From contig OX597820.1 of the NCBI GenBank assembly GCA_951406725.2, positions 97,216,001-97,280,000 of the forward strand: DNA of 64,000 nucleotides, written 5' to 3'. Numbering within the stretch: position 1 is the first letter of the stretch; every line of letters begins with the position of its first letter. The position numbers and the translations under genes were made by a program. Source of the stretch: Octopus vulgaris (lineage: Eukaryota). A model generated the notes under the pieces. That model was not told where the DNA came from. It saw nothing but the letters and a program-made list of their open reading frames with translations, and ran no database searches. Positions 25,120-38,082 of this stretch are shown piece after piece.

Positions 25120-25344
25120 ATATCTATGTGTGTAAGTCATTGTGTTTGTCCCCCACCAGTGCTTGACAACCAGTGTTGGTATGTTTACATCCCCATAACT
25201 TAGCGATTTGACAAAAGAGGCTAGTAGAATAAGTAATAGGCTTAAAAAAATAAGTCCTCAGCTCGATATGTTTTACAAAAAAAACCCTTCAAGATGGGGT
25301 CCCTGCATGGCCACAGTCAAATGACTGAAACAAGTAAAAGAAAA
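24652..25344 (+). mobile_element. Family A SINE with a ~250-bp insertion in its internal (TA)n
   Basis: SINE head 24652-24812, foreign segment ~24838-25090 flanked by TA repeats, SINE tail to 25344. Confidence 0.8.
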
Positions 25345-25429
25345 ATGGTAAATGATACATAAGCAATACAACTGACAAAGGAATCTGAATTCTAAGGGTT
25401 TTATATATATATATATATATATATAATAC

Positions 25430-25740
25430 CTTAGTGCTGGCTCAGTGGTTACAGCGTCGAGCTTACGATCGCAAGATTGTGAGTTTGAATCTTGGACCGG
25501 GCTGCGTGATGTGTTCTTGAGCAAGACACTTTATTTCACGTTGCTGCAATTCACTCAGCTGTAGAAATGAGTTGCGACGTCACAGGTGCCAAGCTGTATC
25601 AGCCTTTGCCTTTCTCTTGGATAACACTGGTGACGTAGAGAGGGGAGGTTGGTATGCATGGGCGACTGCTGGTCTTTCATAAACAACCTTGCCCGGACCT
25701 GTGCCTGGGAGGGTAACTTTCTCGGTGTAATCCCATGTAG
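25430..25740 (+). mobile_element. tRNA-derived CORE-like SINE, family E
   Basis: TGGCTCAGTGG A-box, GAGTTTGAATC B-box, GTGTTCTTGAGCAAGACACTT...CACTCAGCTGTAGAAATGAGT CORE-like domain. Confidence 0.75.
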
Positions 25741-25799
25741 CTGGTGCTGCTACAATAACACATTAAGGCACATTTTTCATAAGGAGATTGTTGGAAATT

Positions 25800-26203
25800 G
25801 CAGCTGTGATACCAGTGCCGGTGGTACATAAGAGAACCATCCGAACGTGGCCGTTTCCAGCGCCGCCCCGACTGGCCTTGTGCCGGTGGCACTTAAAAAG
25901 CACCATCCGATTGTGGCCGTTGCCAGCTTCGCCTGGCCCCCGTGCCGGTGGCACGTAAAAAGCACCATCTGATCGTGGCTGTTTGCCAGCCTCGTCTGGC
26001 ACCTGTGCTGGTGGCACGTAAAAAGCACCCACTACACTCATGGAGTGGTTGGCGTTAGGAAGGGCATCCAGCTGTAGAAACATTGTCAGATCAGACTGGG
26101 CCTGGTGCAACCTTCTGGCTTCCCAAACCCCAGTTGAACCGTCCAACCCATGCTAGCATGGAAAGCGGACGCTAAACGAAGATGATGATGATGATGATGA
26201 TGA
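25800..26203 (+). mobile_element. Family C retroposon, longer copy
   Basis: Four GTGCCGGTGG-type units, V-domain-like motif, (GAT)n tail; matches 33385. Confidence 0.85.
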
Positions 26204-26922
26204 CAGGCTTGTCCTTTCAGGTGCTGGTGCCACATAAAAAGCACCCTGCACACTCTGTTAAGTGGTTGGCATTAGGAAGGGCATCCAGCTGTAGAAACCA
26301 TGCCACAACAAGAAGTTGGAGTCTGGCCAGTTCCATGCCAAACCATGCAACTCGTGCCAACATGAAAAGCAGACATTAAATGATGATGATTGTATGTGGG
26401 TAGGCAGACCTAACATGTACCACAATTTAATACAATTTACCTGGTCTATGAATAAATAGTACCTACAGCAGAGGAGAACATGCTGCAGCAAGCATTTAGA
26501 CCAGAATTCCTGTTCCTTTTCTCCTTCCTGACAAATGCTAAAGCTGGGAATTATCCATATCAATCTCACTAGTCTGGGAGAGGAGAGAGAGAGAGTGAGT
26601 CTGGAAAGGTCATATGCACTAACCCTCCTCCGTTCCTTATCTTATGACTAACTCTACACCCACCACATCCTCTCTATCCTTTCACTAATATAATTTTTTT
26701 TTTTAATCCCCAACTTTATTGTCAGAAGAAGTATCCAGCTGTGAAAGTAATTACTCCCAACTCCAACAGCGTGCAAATATCCAAATTTGGAGAAAAATAC
26801 ATCCCCTCTACCTTACCTCACTCCACCTCTTCATGCAAACATTGAAAAATGTGTAAATAGGATATAAAACAATAGAATGAAAGAGAAACCATAAAATCAA
26901 TAAAATAGTAAAATAAAGAAAT

Positions 26923-26954
<32 letters not shown>

Positions 26955-27731
26955 CAAAAAAAAAAATGAAAAAGATGCTTCATTTCTTGAAAACTCCTTT
27001 TTGTCTCTCATTTGTGAAATTGTACAATTTGTCACATGATAGTTGTAAAATATATTTTCCAATTAGATGTCTGATAATTAATTGACACATTAAAAAAAAA
27101 AAAGATTCTGTGTCATGTCTTTGGAATTTAGCTAGGAAAATCAATTCATCAATACCCAAACCCACAAAGTGAACTGATGTCTGTCTGTGTGTCAGATATC
27201 CAATAATAACATGTAATCTATCACAAGCAGACCAACTACAGTGTGTTTATTAAGTTGTGTCATTGTCTGGCTTTGTTACTATTGTTTATTTTATTTTATT
27301 GTATGTATTTTTTTTTTCATTTAAATTGGATTATTACCCACCCAGGTCAAACTTTATTTTTTATGCACCCCTTGTCAATACAATAAGCACCATTCAAGTA
27401 AGTGATATTGATATAATTAACTAAAGCTGTCCCCACATGGTACATGTAACCTTGTGTGTAATTAAGAAATCACTATCATTATCATCATTATTATTATTAG
27501 GTTGACAGAATCTCATAATATCGGAGTTGATGGAATCAACTAATACCCTCCTCCCTTCAAAATTGCTGGCCTTCTGCCTAAATTAGGAACAATTACTAAT
27601 TATTATTAGATTAGCAGACAAAATGACTTGTGGTATTTAATTGCAGCCCTTTATATTCTGAGTTCAACTCTGCCTCTCATTTTCAGGGTCAATAAAATAT
27701 AGTGTCAGTGAAGTATCAGGAGTAAATTGAA

Positions 27732-27953
27732 CACTTTTGGTATCAACTTGACTGAAACTGCCTGTGGCTCTGAAGTACAAATGTTTTGTTTTCAAAAGTT
27801 CTGGATTAAAATCTTCCACCAAACCTTAGTCACAATTTACGTTCCTAACACTAGCTTAATGATGACTAAGTTATTTTACTAAATTCTTTGTTATATTTAA
27901 AATTAATTGAAAGAGACACAGAGCATCTCAACAGAAATATGATAACGAAAGGG
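27732..27953. mobile_element. piggyBac-type MITE (second copy)
   Basis: Colinear with 13385-13605; ends GAAAGGG|TTAA. Confidence 0.8.
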
Positions 27954-28807
27954 TTAATCAGCTAACCCCACTCAACTCTTATAAAAATTCTGACCAAATG
28001 TATATATAAGAAACACTAAAAATTATTATTATTGGATTGGCAAAGATGGTGAGTAGGCAGAATTGTTAGTATGCCAGACAAAATGCTTTTTTGGCATTTC
28101 TTTCAGCTTTATGTTGTGAGTTCAAATTCTGCTGGGGATCGACTTTGCTTTCCGTCCTTTTAGAATTGATAAAATAAGTACCAGTTGTGCAAAGGGATGG
28201 ATGTCATTGACTATCCCCTCCCAACAAATTTCAGGCCCTGTGCTTATAGTAAAAAGGATTACTATTGGATCAGCAGAATTGTTAAAATGGACAAAATGAC
28301 TTGTGGCATTTAATTAGACCACTTTTTGTTGCAAGTTCAAATCCTACAAAAATCAATTTTTGCCTTTCACCTTCTGAGATGAAGTATCACTCAAGTGGTG
28401 GAGTTTATATAAGCACCGATTCCATCCCTACCCTAATTTCTGGCCTGGTGCCTAAAGCTGCAGACAAAATGTTTTGCACCATTTAGTTATGGCTTTCGAC
28501 TGTACTTAATTCAAATACCACCAAAGTTAACTTTGTCTTTCATCCTTTCAGAGTAAATAAATAAATAAATAAATAAATAAATTAATAATAATAATAATAA
28601 AACATGAGACCAATACTGGGATTGTTTTAATCAACAGCCTCTTTCCTCCCAAATTTCTGGCCTTATATCTGTGTCTGAAACAACAATTTATTATTATTAT
28701 TATTATTATCAATTATTTATTATTATTATTATTATTATTATAATTATAATTATTATTAATTATTATTATTATTATTATTAATTATTATTATATTATTATT
28801 ATTATTA

Positions 28808-28889
<82 letters not shown>

Positions 28890-28910
28890 ATTATTATTAT
28901 TATTAAAACA

Positions 28911-28946
<36 letters not shown>

Positions 28947-29408
28947 GTTAGGCAGTGAGCTGGCAGAATCATTAGCATCCCGAGTGGAATGCTTAGCAGT
29001 GTTTCATCTCCCATTACGTTTTGAGTTCAAATTCTGACTTTGCCTTTCATCCTTTTGGGGTCGATAAATTAAGTACCAGTGAAACACTGGGGTTGTTGTG
29101 ATCGACTGCCCCCTCCCCACAAAATCCAGGCCTTGTACCTATAGTAGAAAGGATTATTATTATTATTATTATTATTTTAGGTGGTGAGCAGGCAGAATTG
29201 TTAGCATGCTGGGCAAAATACTTAGCATCATTTCACCTGTCACTACATTCTGAGTTCAAATTCCGCCGAGGTTGGCTTAACCTTTCATCCTTCTAGGCAT
29301 TGATAAATTAAGTACCAGTGAAACACTGGGGTTGATGTAATCAAGTTGTCGCTTCCTCCAAAATTTCAGGCCTTGTGCCTTTAGTAGAAAGCATTATTTT
29401 TATTATTA

Positions 29409-29798
29409 CTAGCTGGCCCCCCCCGTGCCGTTAAAAATGACAGTTAATTGTAGTATTTTATACATAGACATGGATGGTAAATCAAATTAATTCACTTGTC
29501 AATGTTATCTAGCAGTTGTCTTTTGAGATGTGACATCGATCATCATTTTGTTTCTAAAAGGATGCTGGTTCACACATACACATATATACTCACATAGAGT
29601 TGAAATGCTGTTTTCATGGCACACATACAAACATTCATATACTTCCCTTTTACATTCACACACATATACTCACACAGAATTGAAACGCTCCCACTACCAG
29701 TTTGCCATCACTCTTTCCTTCCTTATTCATCTATCACCCCTTCCTTTCTCATTCATATGTTGTGACGGATAAAAACACAAGAGTATTATTATAGTAGA
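29409..29798 (-). mobile_element. Non-autonomous Helitron, family H2
   Basis: Minus strand A|TCTACTATAATAATAC ... GGGCCAGCTAG|T; homologous copy at 36800 in the opposite orientation. Confidence 0.75.
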
Positions 29799-30026
29799 TT
29801 ATTGAATTAAAGGAGGTGAGCTGGCAGAATTCTTAGCACACTGGACGAAATGCTTAGCGGCGTTTCATCTGTCTTTATGTTCTAAGTTTAAATTCCTTCA
29901 AGGTTGACTTTGCTTTTCATCCTTTCAGGGTTGATAAAATAAGTTTCAGTCAACAACTGGGATTGATGTAACCAACTTTCCTCTCCCTTCAAAATCTGTT
30001 GGCTCCGTGCCAAAAATTTGAAACCA

Positions 30027-30365
30027 TTTGATAGCAAGTTTTCTGAAAGGTGGGTGAATTGTGCAAGAACGGCCAGTATAAATGGACCAATTCTGAGGTT
30101 TCGCTTGTAATTGAAAAAGGTATTATAAAAGGAGAAAGGGGCTCTCTACCCGCCTTTTAACCAGCTCTCGTTGGCTTTTATGGGTTTTTCCACCAGGAAC
30201 CTTTCGTGACGCCTCCCCCTTTTGGGAGTTTTTCGTTGTTAAACTGCTTTTGTACTTGATTTTTTTCACAAACGGACAAAACCCTTTGTAACCTTTCGTC
30301 CTGTTTTGTCCCTTTATGTTTTCCAATCATGTTTGTCAGCCCTTGTGGCCAATAAAAAGAATTAA
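30027..30365 (+). mobile_element. 5'-truncated L1/Tx1-like LINE 3' end
   Basis: FDSKFSERWVNCARTASINGPILRFRL* (stop 30108-30110) resembles the F..RW C-terminus of L1/Tx1 ORF2; followed by a 3' UTR ending CAGCCCTTGTGGCCAATAAAAAGAA. Confidence 0.6.
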
Positions 30366-31439
30366 TTATTATTATTGTTGTTGTTGTTGTTGTTGTTATT
30401 ATTATTATTATTAAGGTGGCGAGCTGGCAGAATCGCTAACATGCCGGGCAAAATACTTAGCAGTATTTCATCCATCTTTATGTTCTGAGTTCAAATTCTG
30501 CCATGGTCGACTTTGCCTTTCATCCTTTCAGGGTCGATAAATTTAGTACCAGTGAAACCCTTGGGTTGATGTAATCGACTAGTTCCCTCCCCTAAAATTT
30601 CAGGACTTGTGCCTATAGTAGAAAGGATTATAATTATTATTCTTAAGGCAGTGAGCTGGCAGAATCATTCACATGCCAGACAAAGTACTTAGTGGCATAT
30701 CTACAGGCTTTATGTTCTGAGTTCAAATTCCACCAGGGCCAATAAAATAAATACCAGCTGAGTACTGGGGGCAATATAATTGACTAACCCCCTCCCACAA
30801 AATTTCAGACCTTGTGCCTGTGGAAGAAAGAATTATTATTATTGAATTGGTAAAATGATTAGGGTCCCAGTACCAGTCACGATATTTTTTTAAACACATA
30901 TTAAAAAAAAAAAAAATCCTTGTTGCAATAGGTTAAAATATGAGTAGGACACATGACAGATGATGTACCAAGGCTCAACTTTGTTATGTAGGTCCTTGCT
31001 TTCATTAGTAATTTTTCGTAAAAATCTAATATAGGGGCACAAGATGGATGGAATAATATAAAAATTTATGAATAACCTAATGCTCAGGATTAACTTTGGC
31101 TTTACTTTTTTTTCTTTTTATTACAAAGCATGGGTAGGGAGCAATACCAGCCATAACCAGTTTAACAAATTAAATGTATTTAATACACAAGCCAACTAGA
31201 AATAATAAGGAATGAGCTTGTTAATGAGCTACAATAGTTGACAACTTCACTGCTTTAAAGTCAGCTGGTTCTTTTGTTATTTCCATAGAATTAGCTGACT
31301 TTAAAATAAAGAACTTTCATAACAATAACCAGCTACTGAAGTCTCTCAAACCCTATTTATTTAGTGTTTCATACAGTTTTTGTTACTGCTAGTATATGAG
31401 TTGTTTTATTTTTGATTAGGTACAAACAAGGACCAGATG

Positions 31440-31740
31440 TATTATCTTATTATTTTAAAACAGTGCCCTATATTATTATTGCAGGACAGTGGCACACACA
31501 CACACAAACACATGGTACTAAAGTATATTAGGGTTGTGCCCTACACACACATAATATATATGCCATTGTATATTGTTTTAGGAGTGCCATATACATACAT
31601 ACATACACACATATGACAGTGCCCTATATTTACACACACACATATGGTATGAAAATATTTTAAGGTAGTACCCTACATACATATATGCTATTGTATGTTA
31701 TTTTAGAACAGTGCCCTATTACATACACACATTATTTTAA
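31440..31740. repeat. Degenerate minisatellite with a CAGTGCCCTA core
   Basis: About seven variants of (CA)GTGCCCTA interspersed with (CA)n/(TA)n. Confidence 0.55.
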
Positions 31741-31899
31741 ATTAGTTGTATGCTGCTGGTAGAATGCACAAATTTGAAGCCTTTTTCTATGACATAAGAG
31801 AAATGAACTGGCTTTCGCATAGAATTTGAAAATTAAGACTATATCACAGCATTGGGGTCCTGGAAGCTCACCATTTGGTTGGTCTATGACTCATTAGAG

Positions 31900-32100
31900 C
31901 AGTGCTTTTCAAACTTTTTGCTGAAGCGGAACCCCAAGGAAACATTCCACTGGCTCGAGGAACCCCTGTGCAATAATTTAATTGTCTTATGCACACATAT
32001 CTGCACAGGAGAATTAAAAATTACTGTCGATTTTAGCATTTTTGTAACTTCTCGCAGAACCCCTGGACTGTACTGGCGGAACCCTGGTTAAAAACCACTG
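31900..32100. mobile_element. hAT (Charlie-like) MITE
   Basis: CAGTGCTTTTCAAAC ... GGTTAAAAACCACTG with a perfect 8-bp TSD CATTAGAG (31892-31899, 32101-32108). Confidence 0.9.
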
Positions 32101-33384
32101 CATTAGAGCATGTCTGGACACATTAGCAAATATAGGTTTTTTTTAGAAATACATATCAAGAAAATGCAGTGTTGTTATTGAGTTTGATGTTGCTTCTCTT
32201 TATTATGGTCATCAGTTTGTTTTGAACTGCCAGTTTTCAAGTTCTATCTACACCAGTCCTGGGTTAACTCTGGGCTGTGCACTTTCAGAGTGGCAAGTCT
32301 AATGAAAAATTATTATGAAATTTGTTTAGTAGTGCAGCATACCTGATGATGATTCATATCTCATATAGCATCCTTCTTGGAAAAGGCTGCCCACACCTCA
32401 TCTAGATACTGGCTGTAGATCCTATGAGGAAGGGTCAAGACATTCACACTACATATCTGAGCCTACTTGATTCACATCTTTCCTATACAGTGTGAATTCA
32501 ATGCTGTTGGTGTGGGTTCAACTAAGGATTTCTGTCTTGCTAGAAAAACTGAAAGAATCTAGTGCATGCACAGAATATTAAAAGCCTCCAGGAAAATGAT
32601 GTTGTCCATATATCACTCCCACACAAAAGAATAGAATCATAGACTGCCTGGTAGATAAGATCTTTATGGGAAGGATGAGGTAGTCATTTAGAAAGACTCT
32701 CTTTCCAAGCATTCTTAAGATTGCAGAAATTTGTCTCAGTTATTTTTGGATTCTTTGTTCAGTGTGAAGTCATTAGTAATTATATATGTATGTATATATA
32801 TATATACATATATAATTACTGTCCAACCATGCTAGCATGGAAAGCGGACGTTAAACGATGATGATGATGATGATATATATATATATATAAGGATAAGATC
32901 GTTAATTTAAATATCGATCTTATCAAGTGGCCAGCATGGGAATAAAAACCTTCAAAGGTAATAATTATTATTAAAATTATAATTTAGGGTATCTAAGCGA
33001 TATGCCTGAAGCTGTATGAACATTTAATGTGGTTTTAGAGTCAGGTTTTGGCTGCTATTCCCAGCTTGGCGGTATCTCTTAGATACTCTAAATTATAAAT
33101 TTAATATATAAATGTATATATACAGATGTCCTTTGTACATACACACACATATGTATGTTGGTTTATGTTGGACAAACAAGAGAGGAGTGCTCAATACATG
33201 CTGCAGAGGATATTGCCTATCTTATTGAAACTGAGTTTGTCTTGAAACTTGAGTTTATTATTATTAATGGCACAATGACCCTCCCAAGACACAAGATTTG
33301 TCTCAACACAGGAATTCATATCGAGAATCTTGTCAATGAAATAGAAAAATGAAGAAATAATGGCCTTCAACATCAATGGAATTT

Positions 33385-33777
33385 GTAGCTGTGATACCAG
33401 TGCCGGTGGCACATAAGAGAACCATCCAAACGTGGCCGTAGCCAGCGCCGCCCGACTGGCCTCCGTGCCGGTGGAACGTAAAAAGCACCATCTGACAGTG
33501 GCCATTGCCAGCTTCGTCTGGTCCCCGTGCCGGTGGCATGTAAAAAGCACCATCCAATTGTGGCCGTTTGCCAGCCTCGTCCGGCACCTGTGCCGGTGGC
33601 ACGTAAAAAGCACCCACTACACTCACGAAGTGGTTGGCGTTAGGAAGGGCATCCAGCTGTAGAAACACTGCCAGATCAGACTGGACCTGGTGCAGCCTTC
33701 TGGCTTCCCAGACCCCAGTTGAAACGTCCAACCCATGCCAGTATGGAAAGTGGACGTTAAATGATGATGATGATGAT
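33385..33777 (+). mobile_element. Family C retroposon
   Basis: Same structure as 25800-26203. Confidence 0.85.
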
Positions 33778-34631
33778 ATGGGCATAGCTCTCGAGGTGAA
33801 ACTAGTAAAAGATAAATATCTACGTGCACACACACAATTATGATTGTGTGGTTTTGTGTTCAATCTCACTGAAGTCAACTTTGCTTTTTATCTTTTTGGG
33901 TCAATAAAAAAAAAGCACTAATTTAGAACGGTGGATTAGCAGAACTATAAGAACATTGGACTGGATGCCTTGCAGTATTTGTTATGAGTCTTCCAAGTTC
34001 AAATTCTAACCATGGCTTATATGGGTAGTAAACTTAATCCATCTCCCTGTTTAAAGCATCATTAGGCACCTTGAGTGTCTTCAGTATGGAAGTTCACTGT
34101 TTACAAGCATTAGGCCGAACCTCTTGTATGATGATAATTTCGTCTCTCCCTCCTAACAGTCTGAGACAGAGAGAGAAAAAAAAAAACATTGGTTTTTGTA
34201 TGTTTTATCTGTTCTTAACGATTTATTACACTTCACTTTCCTAATTGCTTGTGTAACTTCTGAAGTAATTTTAGGTTCTTGTATATTAAAATAGACTTGC
34301 TTTCTTAATTGTTTTAGCATATTGCTATCTACTTCTGCTTTGTGGCGTGAAGTTCCTCACGCTAATCTCCCTATCAGCCAGAGAAGGTTGCCATATTTAC
34401 CTTGCCATATTTATCTTCAACAACTTCACATTGAAGTACTCATTTTTTAGATGGATCTTTAACTATCTGGTATGCTTTTCTTGACTTATTTACTCCAAGA
34501 CTTCTTTCTGTTTTTTCACATCTTTTGTTAATAAGTGTATCTTTTGTGTATATGTAATATATATGCACACACACACACCATTCTTTCTTCGCCCCCCTCT
34601 ATATATATCTGTAGATTATCTATCTACACAT

Positions 34632-34670
<39 letters not shown>

Positions 34671-35062
34671 GGCGCAGGAGTGGCTGTGTGGTAAGTAGCT
34701 TGCTTACCAACCACATGGTTCCGGGTTCAGTCCCACTGCGTGGCATCTTGGGCAAGTGTCTTCTACTATAGCCTCGGGCTGACCAAAGCCTTGTGAGTGG
34801 ATATGGTAGACGGAAACTGAAAGAAGCCCGTCGTATATATGTGTGTGTGTGTGTCTGTGTTTGCCCCCCAAACATCGCTTGACAACCGATGCTGGTGTGT
34901 TTATGTCCCCGTAACTTAGCGGTTCGGCAAAAAGAGACCGATAGAATAAGTACTGGGCTTACAAAGAATAAGTACCGGGGTCGATTTGCTCGACTAAAGG
35001 TGGTGCTCCAGCATGGCCGCAGTCAAATGACTGAAACAAGTAAAAGAGTAAAGAGTAAAGAG
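34671..35062 (+). mobile_element. Family A SINE, young full-length copy
   Basis: GGCGCAGGAGTGGCTGTGTGG head, CpGs intact, (AGAGTAA)n tail, inserted in (TA)n. Confidence 0.9.
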
Positions 35063-35240
35063 TATATATATATATATATCAGTTTTAGAATATGCAAGTT
35101 GTGTTCCTAAGTAAAAGTGATTAAAAGGGTTGGTGACAAGACAGGCATCTGGCTATGAAACACTGCCATAGAAAACCTGTCCAACCTATGCCAGCATGGA
35201 AAAGTGGGTATAAAATGATTATACACTCATGGCTGTTGCC

Positions 35241-35526
35241 AAGCACCATCCGACCGTGGCCGTTTGCTAGCCCCGTCTGGCACCTGTGCTGGTGGCACGT
35301 AAAAAGCACCATCCAATTGTGGCCGTTTGCCAGCCCTGTCTGGCACCTGTGCCGGTGGCACGTAAAAAGCACCGACTACACTCATGGCGTTAGGAAGGGC
35401 ATCCAGCTGTAGAAACACTGCCCGATCAGACTGGGCCTGGTGCAGCCTTCTGGCTTCCCAGACCCCAGTTGAACCGTCCAACCCATGCTAGCATGGAAAG
35501 CGGACGCTAAATGATGATGATGATGA
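35241..35526 (+). mobile_element. Family C retroposon
   Basis: Minisatellite units, V-domain-like motif, (GAT)n tail. Confidence 0.85.
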
Positions 35527-35597
35527 AATATACACAAATATAATATACAAACAGTGACATATATTGATACAACATATAATTCTATAGTTATACATGA

Positions 35598-35801
35598 TCA
35601 ATGGCCCAGTGGTTAGGGCAGCGGACTTGCGGTCGGAGGATCGCGGTTTCGATTCCCAGACCGGGCGTTGTGTGTGTTTATTGAGCGAAAACACCTAAAA
35701 GCTCCACGAGGCTCCGGCAGGGGATGGTGGTGATCCCTGCTGTACTCTTTCACCACTCTAAAGGCGGTGCTCCAGCATGGCCGCAGTCAAATGACTGAAA
35801 C

Positions 35802-35832
<31 letters not shown>
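35598..35832 (+). mobile_element. Chimeric SINE: family D head joined to family A tail
   Basis: 35598-35757 matches the family-D head; from ~35758 TAAAGGCGGTGCTCCAGCATGGCCGCAGTCAAATGACTGAAACAAGT plus poly(A). Confidence 0.8.
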
Positions 35833-36799
35833 TAGCAATAAAAGATGAGGAGTAATAAATACTTAATTATTTCATAAGAAGCAAAAACTGGCATGACTGA
35901 TATGTTTTTTTTTTTTTTACCCCAATAAATATTATGAACAAGTAATGAATGTAAATGTACTCATTAGTAGGATGTCACCTTGTTTGCTTGATCAAACTAA
36001 AAACTGATGCAGCTGATATGCTGATGAAAAAAAAACTTAATTAAGCAACAACAACAACAATACAAAATAAAGAAAATAAAATATGCAAGAAAAGGGCTTT
36101 GTGTTGAATGGCACAAAAGATTACAGAAGAATGTTTTTCATGTCACAGGAATCAGCACTGAGAATGCTAGGACCAAACAATAGATTCCTGTCACTGTCAT
36201 CCTGTTGGCTGTGCATAGAGTAGGATTCGGATAGTCTCTCTCTTTTTCTCTCTTTCCCCTGTCTCTCTATCTCTGTCCCTCTCTGTCTCTGTCTTTCTCC
36301 GCCGCCAAACGACTGATTAGTTAAAATCAGACTCACATGACTGCTTTGTCCTTCCACCTTCTCTAATAGATAGACATGTTGCATGACTCAGCAGACTATA
36401 AATACACATGCCACCTCCCAAGACAGTAGAGTCCTCCTGCCCCCCCCCCCACTACCCAACACAGAGGCAGGAATTTATAATAACCAAGCAACAAAGCAGA
36501 GCATGTTTTTATTCCAAGAATTTTTTTTTTATGTCATCTGACTCAAGAGAAATCCTTCAATATGTGCTACAGACTATTTCCAATAATTCTTACATTAGCA
36601 TGTAAAAAACATCCATTGTTCTGTTTTACAATGGCTGATATTATACCATTATTTTTATTTATTTATTTATTGCTTGAGAAATTGCTTTCTCTACTGCCAA
36701 AACAACTCAACCATAAAGAGGACTGAAACTTGTCTTTTGTCAGTCAAGCAAACTGGAGCGAGCAGAGTTATGTGCCTTATGAAGAGGCACATGTTATAA

Positions 36800-37201
36800 T
36801 CTACAATAATAACACTCTTGTGTTTTCTGCCATCACAACATATGAATAAGAAAGGAAGGGATGATAGATGAATAAGGAAGGAAGGGGTGAAAAAAATAAA
36901 AAAAACAAACGGGGTTTCAACTCTGTGTGAGTATATGTGTGTGTATATAAAAATTGAGATATGTGAATGTTTGAGTGTGCATGTGTGTGTGCAATGGAAG
37001 TGGGATGGTGAACATTCAACACCGAAAAGAGAAATCAAACAGCGTTCCAAACTCTGTGTGAGTATGTGTGTGTCTGAGTGTACAAAGGAAGTATGTGAAT
37101 GTACGTGAACATTGACAAGTGTATCAATTTGATTTACCATCCATATTTATGTATAAAATACTACAATTAGCTGTCATTTTTGATGGCACAGGGCCAGTTA
37201 T
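36800..37201 (+). mobile_element. Non-autonomous Helitron H2
   Basis: A|TCTACAATAATAAC start; end GGCACAGGGCCAGTTA (decayed CTAG); homologous to 29409-29798. Confidence 0.7.
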
Positions 37202-37849
37202 TTACAAATGACATGGAATATAGTAACATTTCATACATATACGTACACATATTTGTTTATCCATTGGAGCGACGAGAACATTCTCAGGGGTGACTGATGA
37301 CTTGTTTGGTGACTTCTGTTAACCTCACTCCCTTGTCAGTGACCATATTTAATCTAATGGTAAGACCAGGTCAAGACAACTGGGGATGGAAAAGGACACA
37401 GTGAATGACCCAAGATGTCTTAAATTACCTCATCTTGCTTTCTGCACTCCTCTAAACCATGAAGGTTTCTTCAACAGAATCCACTAGATCCAGCCTTCAC
37501 ATGCATAAGTAGGCAAACCCTAATGTGCTAATTAACTTATAGCTGGGGCTCTGACAGGAGCTACTACTCTGGGTCAGAAAAGACCTGGGAACAATAGTGG
37601 CTAAGAGATGGTTCCATATTCCTCAAAACCCTGGAATTCCTGAACCAGGGCCCCACAAACTGATGCAGTTTGAAGTCATGCTCAGGACAAACACATACAT
37701 ATATATATATGATAGGCATAGGCAAGGCTGTGTGGTTACATCATTTGCTTTGCATCACATGGTTTTGATGTTTTCTACTATAGCCTTGAGCCAACCAATA
37801 TCTTATGAGTGAAATTGGCGGGAAACTATGAAGGAGCCTATCATATATA

Positions 37850-38082
37850 TTTCTTTATTACCCACAAGGGGCTAAACATAGAGGGGACAAATAAGGACAG
37901 ACAAAGGGATTAAGTCGATTACATCGACCCCAGTGCAAAACTGGTATTTTATTTATCGACCCCGAAAGGATGAAAGGCAAAGTCGACCTCGGCGGAATTT
38001 GAACTCAGAACGTAACAACAGACGAAATACCGCTAAGCATTTCGCCCGGTGTGCTAACGTTTCTGCCAGCTCGCCGCCTTTA
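37850..38082 (-). mobile_element. Family B SINE (young)
   Basis: Full length; flanked by duplicated AAGGAGCCTATCATATATAT. Confidence 0.9.

Larger units (their letters stand above)
28040..30845 (+). repeat. Head-to-tail cluster of older family-B SINEs separated by (ATT)n tails, including a long (ATT)n at ~28690-28946
   Basis: Repeated GAGCTGGCAGAAT...GAGTTCAAATTC...CAGGCCTTGTGCCT..AGTAGAAAGGATTATT units at ~28045, 28950, 29180, 29810, 30413, 30645, all on plus. Confidence 0.85.

Noticed and set aside
33191-33878. Recurrent 'MDGSTGVWEARRLHQ' / 'MLFTCHRHR' ORFs (also 8276, 22492, 25763, 35227)
   Set aside because: Chance frames within GC-rich family-C repeats; not conserved as ORFs between copies
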